Part shown: positions 9,980-20,969 of the stretch, one piece after another
How the letters are laid out: every line of letters starts with the position of its first letter
How positions within the stretch are numbered: the first letter of the stretch is position 1
Assembly: GCA_048938105.1 (NCBI GenBank)
Contig: JBHLMN010000022.1
Span: forward strand, 32,001 to 96,000
Length of the DNA: 64,000 bases
Reading direction: 5' to 3'
Source: Promethearchaeota archaeon
GTDB taxonomy: Archaea > Asgardarchaeota > Heimdallarchaeia > Hodarchaeales > Hodarchaeaceae
The notes under the pieces: generated by a model
Told to the model about the DNA's origin: nothing
What the model saw: the letters and a program-made list of their open reading frames with translations, nothing else
Database searches by the model: none
Made by a program: the position numbers and the translations under genes

Positions 9980-12900
9980 ATGACAATGAAAAAATATCTG
10001 AAAATATCTTTAATAGCTTTAGGACTTTTGTTTACTTTATCAAATGTTATTAACTATTCTTTGGCTGATCAAGCAATTAACACTAAGAATCACTTAGAGA
10101 CGATGGAAAGCATTACTAATTCTATTGAGAATGGTGATTTCGAATTAGGGACAACAGATGGTTGGGGATTAAAGTATTTAAAGGCGGGAGAAACAAATCT
10201 ATACGAGGTTTCAACTAATAATCCCCATACTGGAACCTATTCTTACTATATGTATGCCATTGCGTACAATCCCACTTACCGGGGATGTGTTATAGAAATT
10301 GGGCAAAATATCACTGTGAATGCTATAAGTAGGTTCAACCTCACAGGAAATGTATACGTCGATCAATGCACCTGTTACACTCCCTATAGTTCATGGGCTG
10401 GAATATATGTTGTATTCTATAATAGTGATCAGGATGAGCTAGGTCGGGTGTACTATCGTTTTGCAGAAAACCGAGAGTGGGGATCTCATGAATATGAGAT
10501 AGAACTATATAACCAATTGGACTCTTGGTTAGAATTTAACCGAAACATCGCCCAAGATTTTGTTAATGAAATCGGAGGGGATAGTAGTGAAATCACGCAA
10601 ATCGAACTGGTATTTAAGGTAATAGCGAGTGATGGAGATCAATCCGGGGATCGAGGGTATTGTGAGGCCTATTTTGATGATTGGAACCTAGAACACCATC
10701 CTGTTGCTAATACTATTGCAAATGGCGATTTCGAATCAGGAGCAACATTTGGTTGGGGATTAAAGTATTTAAAGGCGGGAGAAACAAATCAATACGAGGT
10801 TTCAACCAATAATCCCCATACTGGGACCTATTCATATTATATGTATGCCGTGGCGTATAATCCTACTTACCGGGGATGCTATATAGAATTTGGGCAAAAT
10901 ATCACTGTGAATGCAATTAGCAAGTTCAACCTCACAGGTTATGTATATGTTGATCAATGTTCAAGCGCTAACACGTATCCTTCATGGGTGGGTATCTATA
11001 TTGTTTTTTACAATAACACTCAGAATGAGCTTGGTCGAGTGTACTATCAATTTGCAAGTGATCATCAATATACTGAATTTGATCATGAGATCAACTTATA
11101 CAATCAATTGGACACCTGGCTAAAGTTTGATAGAAATATTACTCAAGATTTTGTCGATGAAATTGGTGGGGATATTAGCGAAGTTTCGCAAATCGAGCTG
11201 GTATTCGACACCCATGCGAGTGATGGAGATCAATCTGGGGATCGGGGATATTGTGAGGCCTATTTTGATGATTGGAACCTTGAACGCCATCCTGTTGCTA
11301 ATACTATTGCAAATGGCGATTTTGAATCAGGGACAACACTTGGTTGGGGATTAAAGTATTTAAAGGCGGGAGAAACAAATCAATACGAGGTTTCAACCAA
11401 TAATCCCCATACTGGGACCTATTCATATTATATGTATGCCGTGGCGTATAATCCTACTTACCGGGGATGCTATATAGAATTTGGGCAAAATATCACTGTG
11501 AATGCAATTAGCAAGTTCAACCTCACAGGTTATGTATATGTTGATCAATGTTCAAGCGCTAACACGTATCCTTCATGGGTGGGTATCTATATTGTTTTTT
11601 ACAATAACACTCAGAATGAGCTTGGTCGAGTGTACTATCAATTTGCAAGTGATCATCAATATACTGAATTTGATCATGAGATCAACTTATACAATCAATT
11701 GGACACCTGGCTAAAGTTTGATAGAAATATTACTCAAGATTTTGTCGATGAAATTGGTGGGGATATTAGCGAAGTTTCGCAAATCGAGCTGGTATTCGAC
11801 ACCCATGCGAGTGATGGAGATCAATCTGGGGATCGGGGATATTGTGAGGCCTATTTCGATGATTGGAGCTTGAAACCAAACTCAATATTCATCAATAACA
11901 ATGCTGATTTTGCTAATTTAGGCTTTCCTGGCACTGGTGTGCTAGAAGACCCATATTTGATAGAGAATTACACCATTACTAACTCGGAGGCCATCTTGAT
12001 AGAAATTCATAATACTACGGCATATTTTCGAATTAAAAACAATCTTCTTGACGGTTTAGAAAGAAATTATAATGGCATCTATCTTCATAACGTCACACAC
12101 GGAACGATCGTCAACAATACTATTCATAGCTGTAAGCAGGGTGTTACAGCAGATTACTATTCCCTTAATAACACCATTACTAACAATTTCATTTCCAACT
12201 GTGCATCATATGCTATTTCTATTCAGGGTGCCTCAGATCTCAATAATGTGACACATAACACTGTTTTTAACAGTGATAGTAGTGGTATTTGGTTGGAATC
12301 AGCTTTCAACACTACACTTCTAAACAATACTATTTCTACCAGCGGTTACGACGGTATTGAGCTATTAGCCTCTGATTATAACGACATTTTTAACAATACG
12401 ATAATAAATAGTACTCGTTATGGCATTAGTCTTATTGGTGGTTCGGCTTGGAATCTCATAGAGTGGAATGATTTCATCAACAACAAAGGTCAAACCTCTC
12501 AGGCTCTTGATGATGTTTCCTTATCTAATACAACTTTCAATTACAACTATTGGGGTGATTGGACAAGCCCCGACAGTGAACCTAATGGTATTGTTGACCA
12601 TCCATACTTGATCGATGGTAATGCAAATAACAACGACCCCTATCCATTAACATCTCCAAACAATCCCATCACAGATCATTCCCTCTCTATCCCTATAGTT
12701 TTATATCCTAACGGTGGCGAAACAATCAGTGGTACTATTGAGATCGAGTGGTCGGCAGCAAGCGATACATGGGGACATCTGATTACTTATACGGTTTATT
12801 ATTCAGCTGATGGTGGAACAACTTGGAACGAATTGGCCTCTGGTTTAACGACTACCTCTTATGACTGGGATACTACCACAGTAGCCGATGGAACCGATTA

Positions 12901-13153
12901 TTTAGTCAAAGTTAATGCTACCTGTGTTGAAGATTTATGGAAAGAGGATATGTCTGATGGCAAATTCTCAATTGATAATCCCGAACCTACAACAACGACT
13001 TCTACTACAACAACACCTATCATAACAACTTCTACTACAACAACAACCACTTCCGAAACTGGTGCTACTTCAGGTTGGACATTTTCCATTCTTCTTCTAT
13101 CAGTGTTAACTGTACTAGTATTGAAAAGAGGAATGAAACCAAAATCCAGCTAA
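9980..13153 (+). CDS. Secreted protein: three tandem CBM/galactose-binding-like domains, NosD beta-helix, PNGGE Ig-like module, Thr-rich linker, TM anchor
   Basis: Three I.NGDFE.G...YFDDW units (jelly-roll CBM-like motif); NosD repeats; TTTTS linker; SGW-TM-basic tail. Confidence 0.88.
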   Translation: MTMKKYLKISLIALGLLFTLSNVINYSLADQAINTKNHLETMESITNSIENGDFELGTTDGWGLKYLKAGETNLYEVSTNNPHTGTYSYYMYAIAYNPTYRGCVIEIGQNITVNAISRFNLTGNVYVDQCTCYTPYSSWAGIYVVFYNSDQDELGRVYYRFAENREWGSHEYEIELYNQLDSWLEFNRNIAQDFVNEIGGDSSEITQIELVFKVIASDGDQSGDRGYCEAYFDDWNLEHHPVANTIANGDFESGATFGWGLKYLKAGETNQYEVSTNNPHTGTYSYYMYAVAYNPTYRGCYIEFGQNITVNAISKFNLTGYVYVDQCSSANTYPSWVGIYIVFYNNTQNELGRVYYQFASDHQYTEFDHEINLYNQLDTWLKFDRNITQDFVDEIGGDISEVSQIELVFDTHASDGDQSGDRGYCEAYFDDWNLERHPVANTIANGDFESGTTLGWGLKYLKAGETNQYEVSTNNPHTGTYSYYMYAVAYNPTYRGCYIEFGQNITVNAISKFNLTGYVYVDQCSSANTYPSWVGIYIVFYNNTQNELGRVYYQFASDHQYTEFDHEINLYNQLDTWLKFDRNITQDFVDEIGGDISEVSQIELVFDTHASDGDQSGDRGYCEAYFDDWSLKPNSIFINNNADFANLGFPGTGVLEDPYLIENYTITNSEAILIEIHNTTAYFRIKNNLLDGLERNYNGIYLHNVTHGTIVNNTIHSCKQGVTADYYSLNNTITNNFISNCASYAISIQGASDLNNVTHNTVFNSDSSGIWLESAFNTTLLNNTISTSGYDGIELLASDYNDIFNNTIINSTRYGISLIGGSAWNLIEWNDFINNKGQTSQALDDVSLSNTTFNYNYWGDWTSPDSEPNGIVDHPYLIDGNANNNDPYPLTSPNNPITDHSLSIPIVLYPNGGETISGTIEIEWSAASDTWGHLITYTVYYSADGGTTWNELASGLTTTSYDWDTTTVADGTDYLVKVNATCVEDLWKEDMSDGKFSIDNPEPTTTTSTTTTPIITTSTTTTTTSETGATSGWTFSILLLSVLTVLVLKRGMKPKSS
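10106..11866 (+). repeat. Intragenic tandem repeat, period 591 bp, 3 copies
   Basis: catcctgttgctaatactattgc at 10697 and 11288; identical shadow ORFs at 10911 and 11502; copies 2 and 3 nearly identical, copy 1 diverged. Confidence 0.95.
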
Positions 13154-13185
13154 CATCTTCCTTCTTCTCCTCCTTTTTTATTTTA
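13154..13185 (+). terminator. Putative archaeal oligo-T/pyrimidine-rich terminator
   Basis: catcttccttcttctcctccttttttatttt directly after the stop codon. Confidence 0.4.
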
Positions 13186-13423
13186 AACAATCCCTATTTA
13201 CAGTATTATACTTGTTTCTTTTGGAAATACACTTTTTTCCTCTAAATAAATCATTTAGCGGGAAAACTCACTTTCTCATTCTATAACTTAAATGCCAATT
13301 TCAAATTTGCATGAAATATGATTTCTATTGTCTAAAGTGCTTTTTTAGGGGGAAATTGAAGAGAAAAGAGAATTATTTCATTCGAGAATTATTCAAATAG
13401 TGATTCTCAAAGGTCTTGATTTG

Positions 13424-13484
13424 TGAATCAACCCCTTTTTTGTATCGGTGTTTAATTACTCATGAAAATCCGAATTGAAATCAG
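13424..13484 (+). repeat. Array boundary site, copy 4 (degenerate left part)
   Basis: tgtatcggtgtttaattactcatgaaaatccgaattgaaatcag; left variant resembles copy 1, right flank resembles copies ending 25880 and 59315. Confidence 0.75.
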
Positions 13485-13502
13485 CAGGAAGAATAAACAT
13501 TA

Positions 13503-13742
13503 TTATGTGGAGCCAGTTTTTATTGAGAATTTCTTCAACAATTTTGCTTCATCATTGACCTTTGTCTGATCTAGTTCATCTACAGATATTCCAAAGAGAG
13601 AAATTTCAACAGTATCGCTATCAAACCATGCGAAGGTGATAACGGTTGAGTGCGTCGTTTTGATAGGTTTCATTATTTTGTACGACAGTAATGACGACAT
13701 TATCCTTCTTTCTGCCAGTGTCAGCTTGGCGATGAGCCGCAA
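13503..13742 (-). CDS. Small hypothetical protein or gene remnant
   Basis: 79-aa ORF in otherwise empty region, ending ~30 bp from a boundary site like other cargo genes. Confidence 0.4.
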   Translation of the reverse strand: MRLIAKLTLAERRIMSSLLSYKIMKPIKTTHSTVITFAWFDSDTVEISLFGISVDELDQTKVNDEAKLLKKFSIKTGST

Positions 13743-14023
13743 TGATCGCCTCTAATCGATAGTGTCTATCGATCACGAGAACTCACCTATACTAAAATGG
13801 TTCTTCTTAACAAATATAACAAAAAGTCCATATATCAATGTGAAATAGTAAGTTCCCACAGGATTAAATTAGTTGTGCTTTAATGACTTATTTATTAATG
13901 ATTAATGTCCATTTTGGAAAAATTAAATAAGAAGCAGTCTAGAAAATATTATATTCTTTGGAATTTACTAAATGTGATAGGTTCAATCACTTTCTTCTTA
14001 TGAAATGTGGACAGGGTGATAAA

Positions 14024-16843
14024 ATGGGACGAGGTCACACTTTTAAGGAGAAAACAAGAATATTATTGCAAGTGTTACGAATTAATCTCAAGAAATCCTT
14101 GATAACACTTGTTGGAATGACAATTGCACTTGCAATAATCACCGCAAGTCTAATTTACTTGGAATCAAATGAAATAGACTATTATATAGGAGTTTTAAAG
14201 AACTCAGAGTTTGAAAAGCAGCTCATATTTCATGTTTATGGAGATTCAGAGGGAAATTACTCTTTTAAAGACATCACTTTGATTCAAAACGCTGTTAATG
14301 AAAAAATTACAGAATTTAACTTGAATAATACTATTATTCAATCAAACTATCCATTTCAATGTAGAATGAACAGAAAAATACTGTTTCGAAACACAAGTGA
14401 ATTGCATTATTTTCGTGGAATCAGTATGGATGAGTCTATAATCAAAGATTGTGTGAAAGGGAGTAAAATTCCAGGTACACCCGATGAAGTGCTTATTTTT
14501 ATACCTAGTAATGACCCAATTGAGCTAGATATAAACGAGACTATCCATTTTTCACTCTTCTATGAGGAAAACAATAACGAAAAATCACACAATATTAGTC
14601 TGAAAATTTCAGGAATGTTAACTGCTTCAAGTATTCGTTCTTCCTCTCAATTATGGTATATGGTGAGTGAGCATAATAGAATTCAAATCATCATGAACAT
14701 AAAGCAGTACTTAGAGTTACTGAACACCTTAAGGACACTATCTGATGAAACTATTTCAAATAGGCTCGAGTTGTATTATTCCTTTGACTTTTCCACGGTG
14801 AATCACCAAAATGCCATCCAAATAATTGATAGATTACTTGAATTCGGTCGGATGGGTTGGGATTTTCAAATTCAGGTTGTGACTCCTCGTGAATCAACGT
14901 GGTATGATATTTACATATCTTCAATGTCATGGTATTATATGATTCAAGATAGTGTTAGTAAATTTAGTATGTTTTTCTTCCTTTTTACAGTCCTTTGTAT
15001 TCCTGCTTTTATCATCACCTTTCTGTTAGTGAATTTTTCACTTGGAGTAATCAATGAAGGCAGAAGAAAAACCCTTACTCTATATAAAATGAGAGGGGTT
15101 TCGAAAAAATTTATTTTAACCATGTTATGTGTGGAAATATTGAGCCTTGCATTTATTGCCTCAATATTAGGATTAATTCTGGGATTACCTGTTTATTTCT
15201 TGATATCAACTACAACTGGCTATCTGAGCTTCGATTTGACAAAATGGCCAAATTTTACAATCGTTTCTCAAGCTACTGTTACGACTGTAATTGGATTCAG
15301 TTTGTGTTTCACCTTCCTTTTACATCTTAGTGCAATAATCAAGCTCGTTAATGCAAGAATTGTCCATTTGGAAGAAGAGGCAAGTAAGAAGAAAAAACGG
15401 AAGAGAGGAACTATCCGTCAAAATATTGATATTTTCTTACTATCTCAAGGAATAATTGGTATTCTTCTTCTCAACCTACTAATGGAAATTTTATATGAGA
15501 CTGGTATGATAGAGAGTGGATTAGCTGTTTACTTTATGGGATTTATTTTCATATTTGCCTTTTTAAGTCCATTATCTCTCTTAGTTGGATTCATTTTCGC
15601 ATTTAATAGATTAATGCCAGTCATGTTGGAAAAATTAGGTGGTTTATTATGGAAAAAGGACTTTAAATTTCTGGCTGTGGCAACTCGTAACTTATTTGTG
15701 AACATAAAGTTAACCACACGTACAACCCTGCTAATAGCTGTTACTGTCAGTTTTTTAATGATTTTGTCTTCGCTTCCCCTCTCATTAAATCAACATATCA
15801 TTAATACGACTTATTATAAGGCTGGAAGTGATCTTGTTATTCAAACATGGGATTTGGTTGATGAAAATGCTATTAGGAATCTTTCAACCAAATTACATGA
15901 ACTTCCTGGTTTAACTACGACGCTTGTTTCATTTAATGATTATGGGGAAATTGAAATTATGGGTATTGAAGATAATTTTGATAATGTGGCATTTTGGAAG
16001 TCACATTATGCAAAACAACCCCTCAGTAATCTCGTATCAGCACTTTATAGCTCTAAAAGTCAATTTCCAGTAATTATTGACTCCTCTTCCGCGAGAATTG
16101 AAAAGATAACTGTCAATGATAATTATCTTCTCAACTTAGATAATCAAAATCCTCTGAGCTTGACAATTGTAAGTAAAACAGACTATTGGCCAGGGTTAAT
16201 TGAGAGACATCGGGATGAGGAAAGATTTCTAATTATTAAAATATCAAATTATTTTGATTTGATAAGCGAGGATGATTCCTATATTTGGTGTAAAATCGAT
16301 CCAAGTTTCGATAAGGATGAAGTTCTTGAACAGGCTAAAAATGTAACCCTGGGATTAGGGGTCGATATTAGGAGCTTTCATCCTACCACTGAAAAATTAG
16401 ATTTAGATCCAAAGTCTCTTGAAGTGAATTTTCTTTGGATCATCACAAATTTTAATTTCCTTGTTGCTCTCTTAGTGTTATTACTCTTTTTATTTTTGTT
16501 TACAATAACACGTATCACAAACCAATTGAAAGAAATTGGATTAAGTAGAGCATTAGGAATGAAATTTCACCAAATCTTTCTCCTAATGTTCATTGAACCC
16601 TTTCTATTGGTTTTAATAAGTGGTTTACCAGGAGGATTAATCGGTTTAGGATTATTAATGACCGTCATAAATTTCGGTCAAGGACCCCCATTCAGCTATG
16701 ATCCTCCATTCATTTTAATGATTGATTTTCCATCTATTTTCCTTATTTTTGGCTCAATTTTAATCACAGCAGTCATGTCTGGATTTATTACCTCGTACCG
16801 AGCAACTAGAGCCGATGTGTCTAAGATTCTCAAAGTGGAGTGA
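14024..16843 (+). CDS. FtsX/MacB-like ABC transporter permease
   Basis: Two FtsX motifs (RRKTLTLYKMRGVS; LKEIGLSRALGM); many TM helices; ATG after GGTGA chosen (ORF track 13958). Confidence 0.88.
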   Translation: MGRGHTFKEKTRILLQVLRINLKKSLITLVGMTIALAIITASLIYLESNEIDYYIGVLKNSEFEKQLIFHVYGDSEGNYSFKDITLIQNAVNEKITEFNLNNTIIQSNYPFQCRMNRKILFRNTSELHYFRGISMDESIIKDCVKGSKIPGTPDEVLIFIPSNDPIELDINETIHFSLFYEENNNEKSHNISLKISGMLTASSIRSSSQLWYMVSEHNRIQIIMNIKQYLELLNTLRTLSDETISNRLELYYSFDFSTVNHQNAIQIIDRLLEFGRMGWDFQIQVVTPRESTWYDIYISSMSWYYMIQDSVSKFSMFFFLFTVLCIPAFIITFLLVNFSLGVINEGRRKTLTLYKMRGVSKKFILTMLCVEILSLAFIASILGLILGLPVYFLISTTTGYLSFDLTKWPNFTIVSQATVTTVIGFSLCFTFLLHLSAIIKLVNARIVHLEEEASKKKKRKRGTIRQNIDIFLLSQGIIGILLLNLLMEILYETGMIESGLAVYFMGFIFIFAFLSPLSLLVGFIFAFNRLMPVMLEKLGGLLWKKDFKFLAVATRNLFVNIKLTTRTTLLIAVTVSFLMILSSLPLSLNQHIINTTYYKAGSDLVIQTWDLVDENAIRNLSTKLHELPGLTTTLVSFNDYGEIEIMGIEDNFDNVAFWKSHYAKQPLSNLVSALYSSKSQFPVIIDSSSARIEKITVNDNYLLNLDNQNPLSLTIVSKTDYWPGLIERHRDEERFLIIKISNYFDLISEDDSYIWCKIDPSFDKDEVLEQAKNVTLGLGVDIRSFHPTTEKLDLDPKSLEVNFLWIITNFNFLVALLVLLLFLFLFTITRITNQLKEIGLSRALGMKFHQIFLLMFIEPFLLVLISGLPGGLIGLGLLMTVINFGQGPPFSYDPPFILMIDFPSIFLIFGSILITAVMSGFITSYRATRADVSKILKVE

Positions 16844-17733
16844 GTGTAATGTTGTTAGAATGTAAAGATCTAATTAAAATTTATCCTTCTCCAGTTGAAG
16901 GTTTGATGTTCCCAGCACTACGAGGACTTGATCTTAAGGTACAAATGGGTGAATTAATTTCGTTAATTGGCCCTTCAGGGGCAGGAAAATCCACTCTTTT
17001 ACGACTTATTTGCACATTCGATCAACCTAGTTCTGGAGAAATCCGGTTTGATGGAAAACTAGTGAATACTTTCACAGACTCCGAATTAGAGGATTATCGG
17101 TTGAATGAGGTTGGTGTCATGTATCAAGCTCCTGAAGACAATCTTATCTGGAGTTTTGATTCACTACAGAATGTTATGTTACCAATGCGTTATTCAGGTA
17201 AATTTGGAGGAAATGAAAAAGATAGAGCCAACGAATTATTGGAAAAAGTTGGATTAAAAGGTAAGGGCCATCGAAAACCATCACAGCTTTCTGGAGGTGA
17301 GCAACAACGAGTCGCGATTGCTGTTGCCCTCGCAAATAATCCCAAACTCCTTTTAGCTGATGAACCTACTGGCGAGTTGGATAGTGGTACCACAGCTGTA
17401 ATTATTGATTATTTCAAGCAATTAAATACTGATGATGGATTAACAATTCTAGTTGCAACTCATGATAAACGCTTTGTGAAAATGACAAACAGAACCTATA
17501 AAATTTTAGATGGAAGGTTAACAACATATCATATTAGGTCTAAGAAGTCACTTGAGATTGATCTCGAAGAAGAAATCGTAATTGTGGACTCTCAGGGCAA
17601 TCTGAGATTACCTCGTGAAGTTTTCCATCAATTCAAAGACTTAACAGCAGTTAAAGTCCAAGTTAAGAATGGGAAAATCGAGTTGATTCCATTTATTGAT
17701 AAACTTAAGAAAAATCAGAGGGATCAGAAATAA
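16840..17733 (+). CDS. LolD/MacB-type ABC ATP-binding protein with C-terminal AbrB-like extension
   Basis: [26 protein letters not shown]; tail [14 protein letters not shown]. Confidence 0.92.
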   Translation: MSVMLLECKDLIKIYPSPVEGLMFPALRGLDLKVQMGELISLIGPSGAGKSTLLRLICTFDQPSSGEIRFDGKLVNTFTDSELEDYRLNEVGVMYQAPEDNLIWSFDSLQNVMLPMRYSGKFGGNEKDRANELLEKVGLKGKGHRKPSQLSGGEQQRVAIAVALANNPKLLLADEPTGELDSGTTAVIIDYFKQLNTDDGLTILVATHDKRFVKMTNRTYKILDGRLTTYHIRSKKSLEIDLEEEIVIVDSQGNLRLPREVFHQFKDLTAVKVQVKNGKIELIPFIDKLKKNQRDQK

Positions 17734-17765
17734 CTGTTAATAAAGCTCTTTATAATTTACAACAG

Positions 17766-18419
17766 GTGTACCGATGGTATGAAAGTAATGTGGAGGTCGT
17801 AAAAGCCGTTGATGGTATCGATCTTCAGATCCGTGCGGGAGAATTTGTTGCAATTTTAGGTCCTTCAGGTTCAGGTAAAACTACATTACTCAACCTTTTG
17901 GCTGGACTTGATAAAACCACAGGGGGAACAATTGTGTTTAATGATTTAAATATGAATAGATTAAGTGATTCAGCTATCTGTGATCTTAGAAGACATGAAA
18001 TAGGTATCATTTTTCAGTTCTATAATATGCATCCTTCGCTAACTGCCCAGGAAAATATTGAATATCCTATGTTGATAGCAGATATTCCTGCAAGTCAAAG
18101 AAACCAACGAGCTACAAATTTACTTAAAAAAATCGGTCTTTTTGGCAAAAAAGATAATTTTCCTACTGAATTGTCAGGTGGAGAAAAACAACGAATTGGG
18201 ATCGCTCGTGCCTTAGCGAATAATCCTCAGGTTATTATTGCTGATGAACCTACTGGAGATCTCGATTCAGAAACTGCTGAAGATATCATTAAATTATTGT
18301 TAAAAGTGAATAAACAGGGGACTACAATCATTATGGTTACTCATGATGAATCCCTCTTAACAGAGGATATGCGAATTTTACACTTAGTTGATGGAAAAAT
18401 AATAAATGAGAAGAAGTAA
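17766..18419 (+). CDS. LolD/MacB-type ABC ATP-binding protein (frame open upstream to ~17730)
   Basis: GPSGSGKTT, LSGGEKQRI, IIADEPTG, VTHD. Confidence 0.92.
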   Translation: MYRWYESNVEVVKAVDGIDLQIRAGEFVAILGPSGSGKTTLLNLLAGLDKTTGGTIVFNDLNMNRLSDSAICDLRRHEIGIIFQFYNMHPSLTAQENIEYPMLIADIPASQRNQRATNLLKKIGLFGKKDNFPTELSGGEKQRIGIARALANNPQVIIADEPTGDLDSETAEDIIKLLLKVNKQGTTIIMVTHDESLLTEDMRILHLVDGKIINEKK

Positions 18420-18529
18420 ATTAGACTATTCATGTGACATATTGAATGAATAGATATAGAAGTAAAGAAACTTCAGAAGAAGTAGAGGAGTGGCGATGAT
18501 ACCTTCGTTGAATTTAATAAACAGGACTT

Positions 18530-18730
18530 GTGAACTTGAATAAGAAAAAAGGTGTCGGAGTAATTCTATCTGTAATTGGAATTATTATAATGTTTATTAC
18601 TAGTTCTATAGAAAGAGAGTTTCTTTCATTTGAACAATTTCTTTGGATATCATCTGGATTAATTTTGGGAATTGGTCTTTCTCTTCTTTTTTCCTTCTCT
18701 TTATTCCAAAAAAAAGAAGGCAATTCTTGA
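18530..18730 (+). CDS. Small two-TM membrane protein (C-terminus runs into an RDD-gene fragment)
   Basis: 66 aa, two hydrophobic helices; decayed second copy at 25487-25700. Confidence 0.5.
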   Translation: MNLNKKKGVGVILSVIGIIIMFITSSIEREFLSFEQFLWISSGLILGIGLSLLFSFSLFQKKEGNS

Positions 18731-18887
18731 TAGTAATAGATTGTTAAGATCCCAGTTATAGAAGATGTCTGTTATTGTCCTCTTTTTCTTGGAATCGCTA
18801 TCAAAAATCAAAAAAAGTAAATGGATTGGAACACCTTTTTGAAAGAATATCTTTGGTAAATAAGATTCTACTCCTCTATAACACCTC

Positions 18888-19892
18888 TCAATACCGATAA
18901 GAGCGTTCTCCTAAAATCTCATCTATTTGATTCATTTGATCGTTTTTCAGTGGACCGAATTCCATTGCCCCAATATTATCTTTAATCTGCTGAGTTGTTT
19001 TAAAACCTGGTATAGGTATTGTCTTCTCACTTCTACCCCAGACCCATGATAATGCACCTTGAGCTAGAGTCCGTCCATCAGTTGTAAGAACATTTTTCAC
19101 GAGATCAAGTTTTTCAAGCCACTCTGGAGCTGGAAACCCATTTTTAAAGTATTTCATCCATTCTGGCTCATTACCGCGGATATCATCCTTGGGTAACTTC
19201 GTCTTTCTGCTATATTTGCCAGTTAATAGTCCCATAGCAAGAGCAGTTCGATTAATACTAGCTAAATTGTGTTCTTCACAAATTGCTATAATTTCAGAAC
19301 CTTCAACTAGAACATTTAGCTCTTGTTGAATAGCTGAACAATTATCATGTTGTGCAAAAAATTCAGCATTTTTTGTCACATCAGTGCTCCACCCATATGT
19401 TTTAATTAACCCATCGTCTATAAGAGTCTCTAGAACTTCTACAACTTTTCTTGCTTCCTCAAGCTCAATTGTCCACAAATGAAGTTGATAAAGATCAATG
19501 TAATCCGTATTTAACCTTTTTAATGAAGCCTGGCAAGCTTGTCGGATATATTCGGGAGAAATGTTAGTTCCAGTCATTTGTTTGCTCTTTTCATCAAATG
19601 TATTCCCAAATTTGGTTGCAATTACCATATCATTTCTTTCATATCCTTCTAAAGCTCGACCCAATACAGTTTCACTATGTCCTGCTCCATACACATCTGC
19701 TGTGTCGAAAAAATTTACTCCTAAATCAATTGCTCTTTGAATTGCTTTAATTGATTCATTATCGTCAATATTTCCCCAACCGTGAGGTTTGTCTCCAGTC
19801 CAAAATGGACCACCGATTGCCCAACATCCAAGACCTAAAGCACTAACTTCAATCCCCGATCTACCAATTTTTCTCTTCATAACAGAGGTCAT
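18888..19892 (-). CDS. Aldo/keto reductase
   Basis: LGLGCWAIGG, FFDTADVYGAGHSE, IATKFG, SLKRLNTDYIDLYQLH, PIPG motifs. Confidence 0.95.
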   Translation of the reverse strand: MTSVMKRKIGRSGIEVSALGLGCWAIGGPFWTGDKPHGWGNIDDNESIKAIQRAIDLGVNFFDTADVYGAGHSETVLGRALEGYERNDMVIATKFGNTFDEKSKQMTGTNISPEYIRQACQASLKRLNTDYIDLYQLHLWTIELEEARKVVEVLETLIDDGLIKTYGWSTDVTKNAEFFAQHDNCSAIQQELNVLVEGSEIIAICEEHNLASINRTALAMGLLTGKYSRKTKLPKDDIRGNEPEWMKYFKNGFPAPEWLEKLDLVKNVLTTDGRTLAQGALSWVWGRSEKTIPIPGFKTTQQIKDNIGAMEFGPLKNDQMNQIDEILGERSYRY

Positions 19893-20328
19893 GATTTCTC
19901 ACATTAGTCAATTATCATCAATCTTTCTTAAATATCTCAGTTAATATTGGTTTTGATATAAACATATTTTTTCTCTATTCTATTACTAAAGATACTAAAT
20001 ATTCTGGAAGATATGTTACCTGAAGAAAAAAAATGTCTAAAAAATAAAGGAGTTGAAAGTATAAAGTAATTTCGGTTAAAAAAAGTAAAATTAGATGTAT
20101 TTTGATATGAGTACTGTTAATCTTTATTGTTCAGAATGATACCTTGAATCTTAGATATCTAGAGGCTTTGAATGCAATTGAGTAATTTTCTAAAGGAAAT
20201 ATTAGAGATAAATGTTATCTAGGAATGGATTATTTGGCAATATTCGCACACTAAAATTCCAAGAAAACTTGAAGATCAGTAAATAAATAGATGATTGAAA
20301 AAAAAGAAGAGGAGAACCGACAGGGAAT

Positions 20329-20886
20329 TTATGGTACGAGGACTGTGGTGTAAAGATCCCACCGAGTAAGGACGGTTGTGTGGAAGGCTAAGACCCCAAC
20401 ATATAACTGGGTCTCGGCTTGAAGCGGAAAGCGAGATTGAAACTCAAGGCGAACCTCCTCGTGTGCTGAAAGGCGGAAATCACCAAAGAGGACTGTGGTA
20501 CATTCGACGTTTTGGATATCACCTAACGACTCATTGAACTCTACCAAGTCATCTTTCAGACATACAAACACCTTTGCAATCTGAAATAGATCGTTTTCTG
20601 GGATGGGAAATCCACCATAGCTATTAAAGTCACAATAAACTGTGAAACGGATTGTCCCGTTGGTATACACTTCTTCATCAGTTAGAATAAGGCCGAAACT
20701 GGCCCGTGGGCCATATGGGTCCTCAGTTTCATCATTGCTTGTTTGTAACCCATGAATATACAAGTTAATCAAAGCTGTTGTGCTGATGGTTAGGATAATC
20801 ACCAGTGCTCCGACACTGATGACTTTTGTGCGGGAACTCGCTTTCTGCCATTGAGCTGTTAATTTACGGACTTGAGACCATTTCAT
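20329..20886 (-). CDS. Hypothetical single-TM membrane-anchored protein
   Basis: 185-aa ORF with one TM near the N-terminus. Confidence 0.7.
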   Translation of the reverse strand: MKWSQVRKLTAQWQKASSRTKVISVGALVIILTISTTALINLYIHGLQTSNDETEDPYGPRASFGLILTDEEVYTNGTIRFTVYCDFNSYGGFPIPENDLFQIAKVFVCLKDDLVEFNESLGDIQNVECTTVLFGDFRLSAHEEVRLEFQSRFPLQAETQLYVGVLAFHTTVLTRWDLYTTVLVP

Positions 20887-20969
20887 CCTGATCTACCCCA
20901 AAGAATTCATTATACGAGTATGTAAACGAGGGCATCCCAAGCATCAATAATACTATGTCCATAATAATT

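Noticed and set aside
10911-11714. Identical 70-aa ORFs at 10911 and 11502
   Set aside because: Off-frame shadows of the 591-bp intragenic repeat
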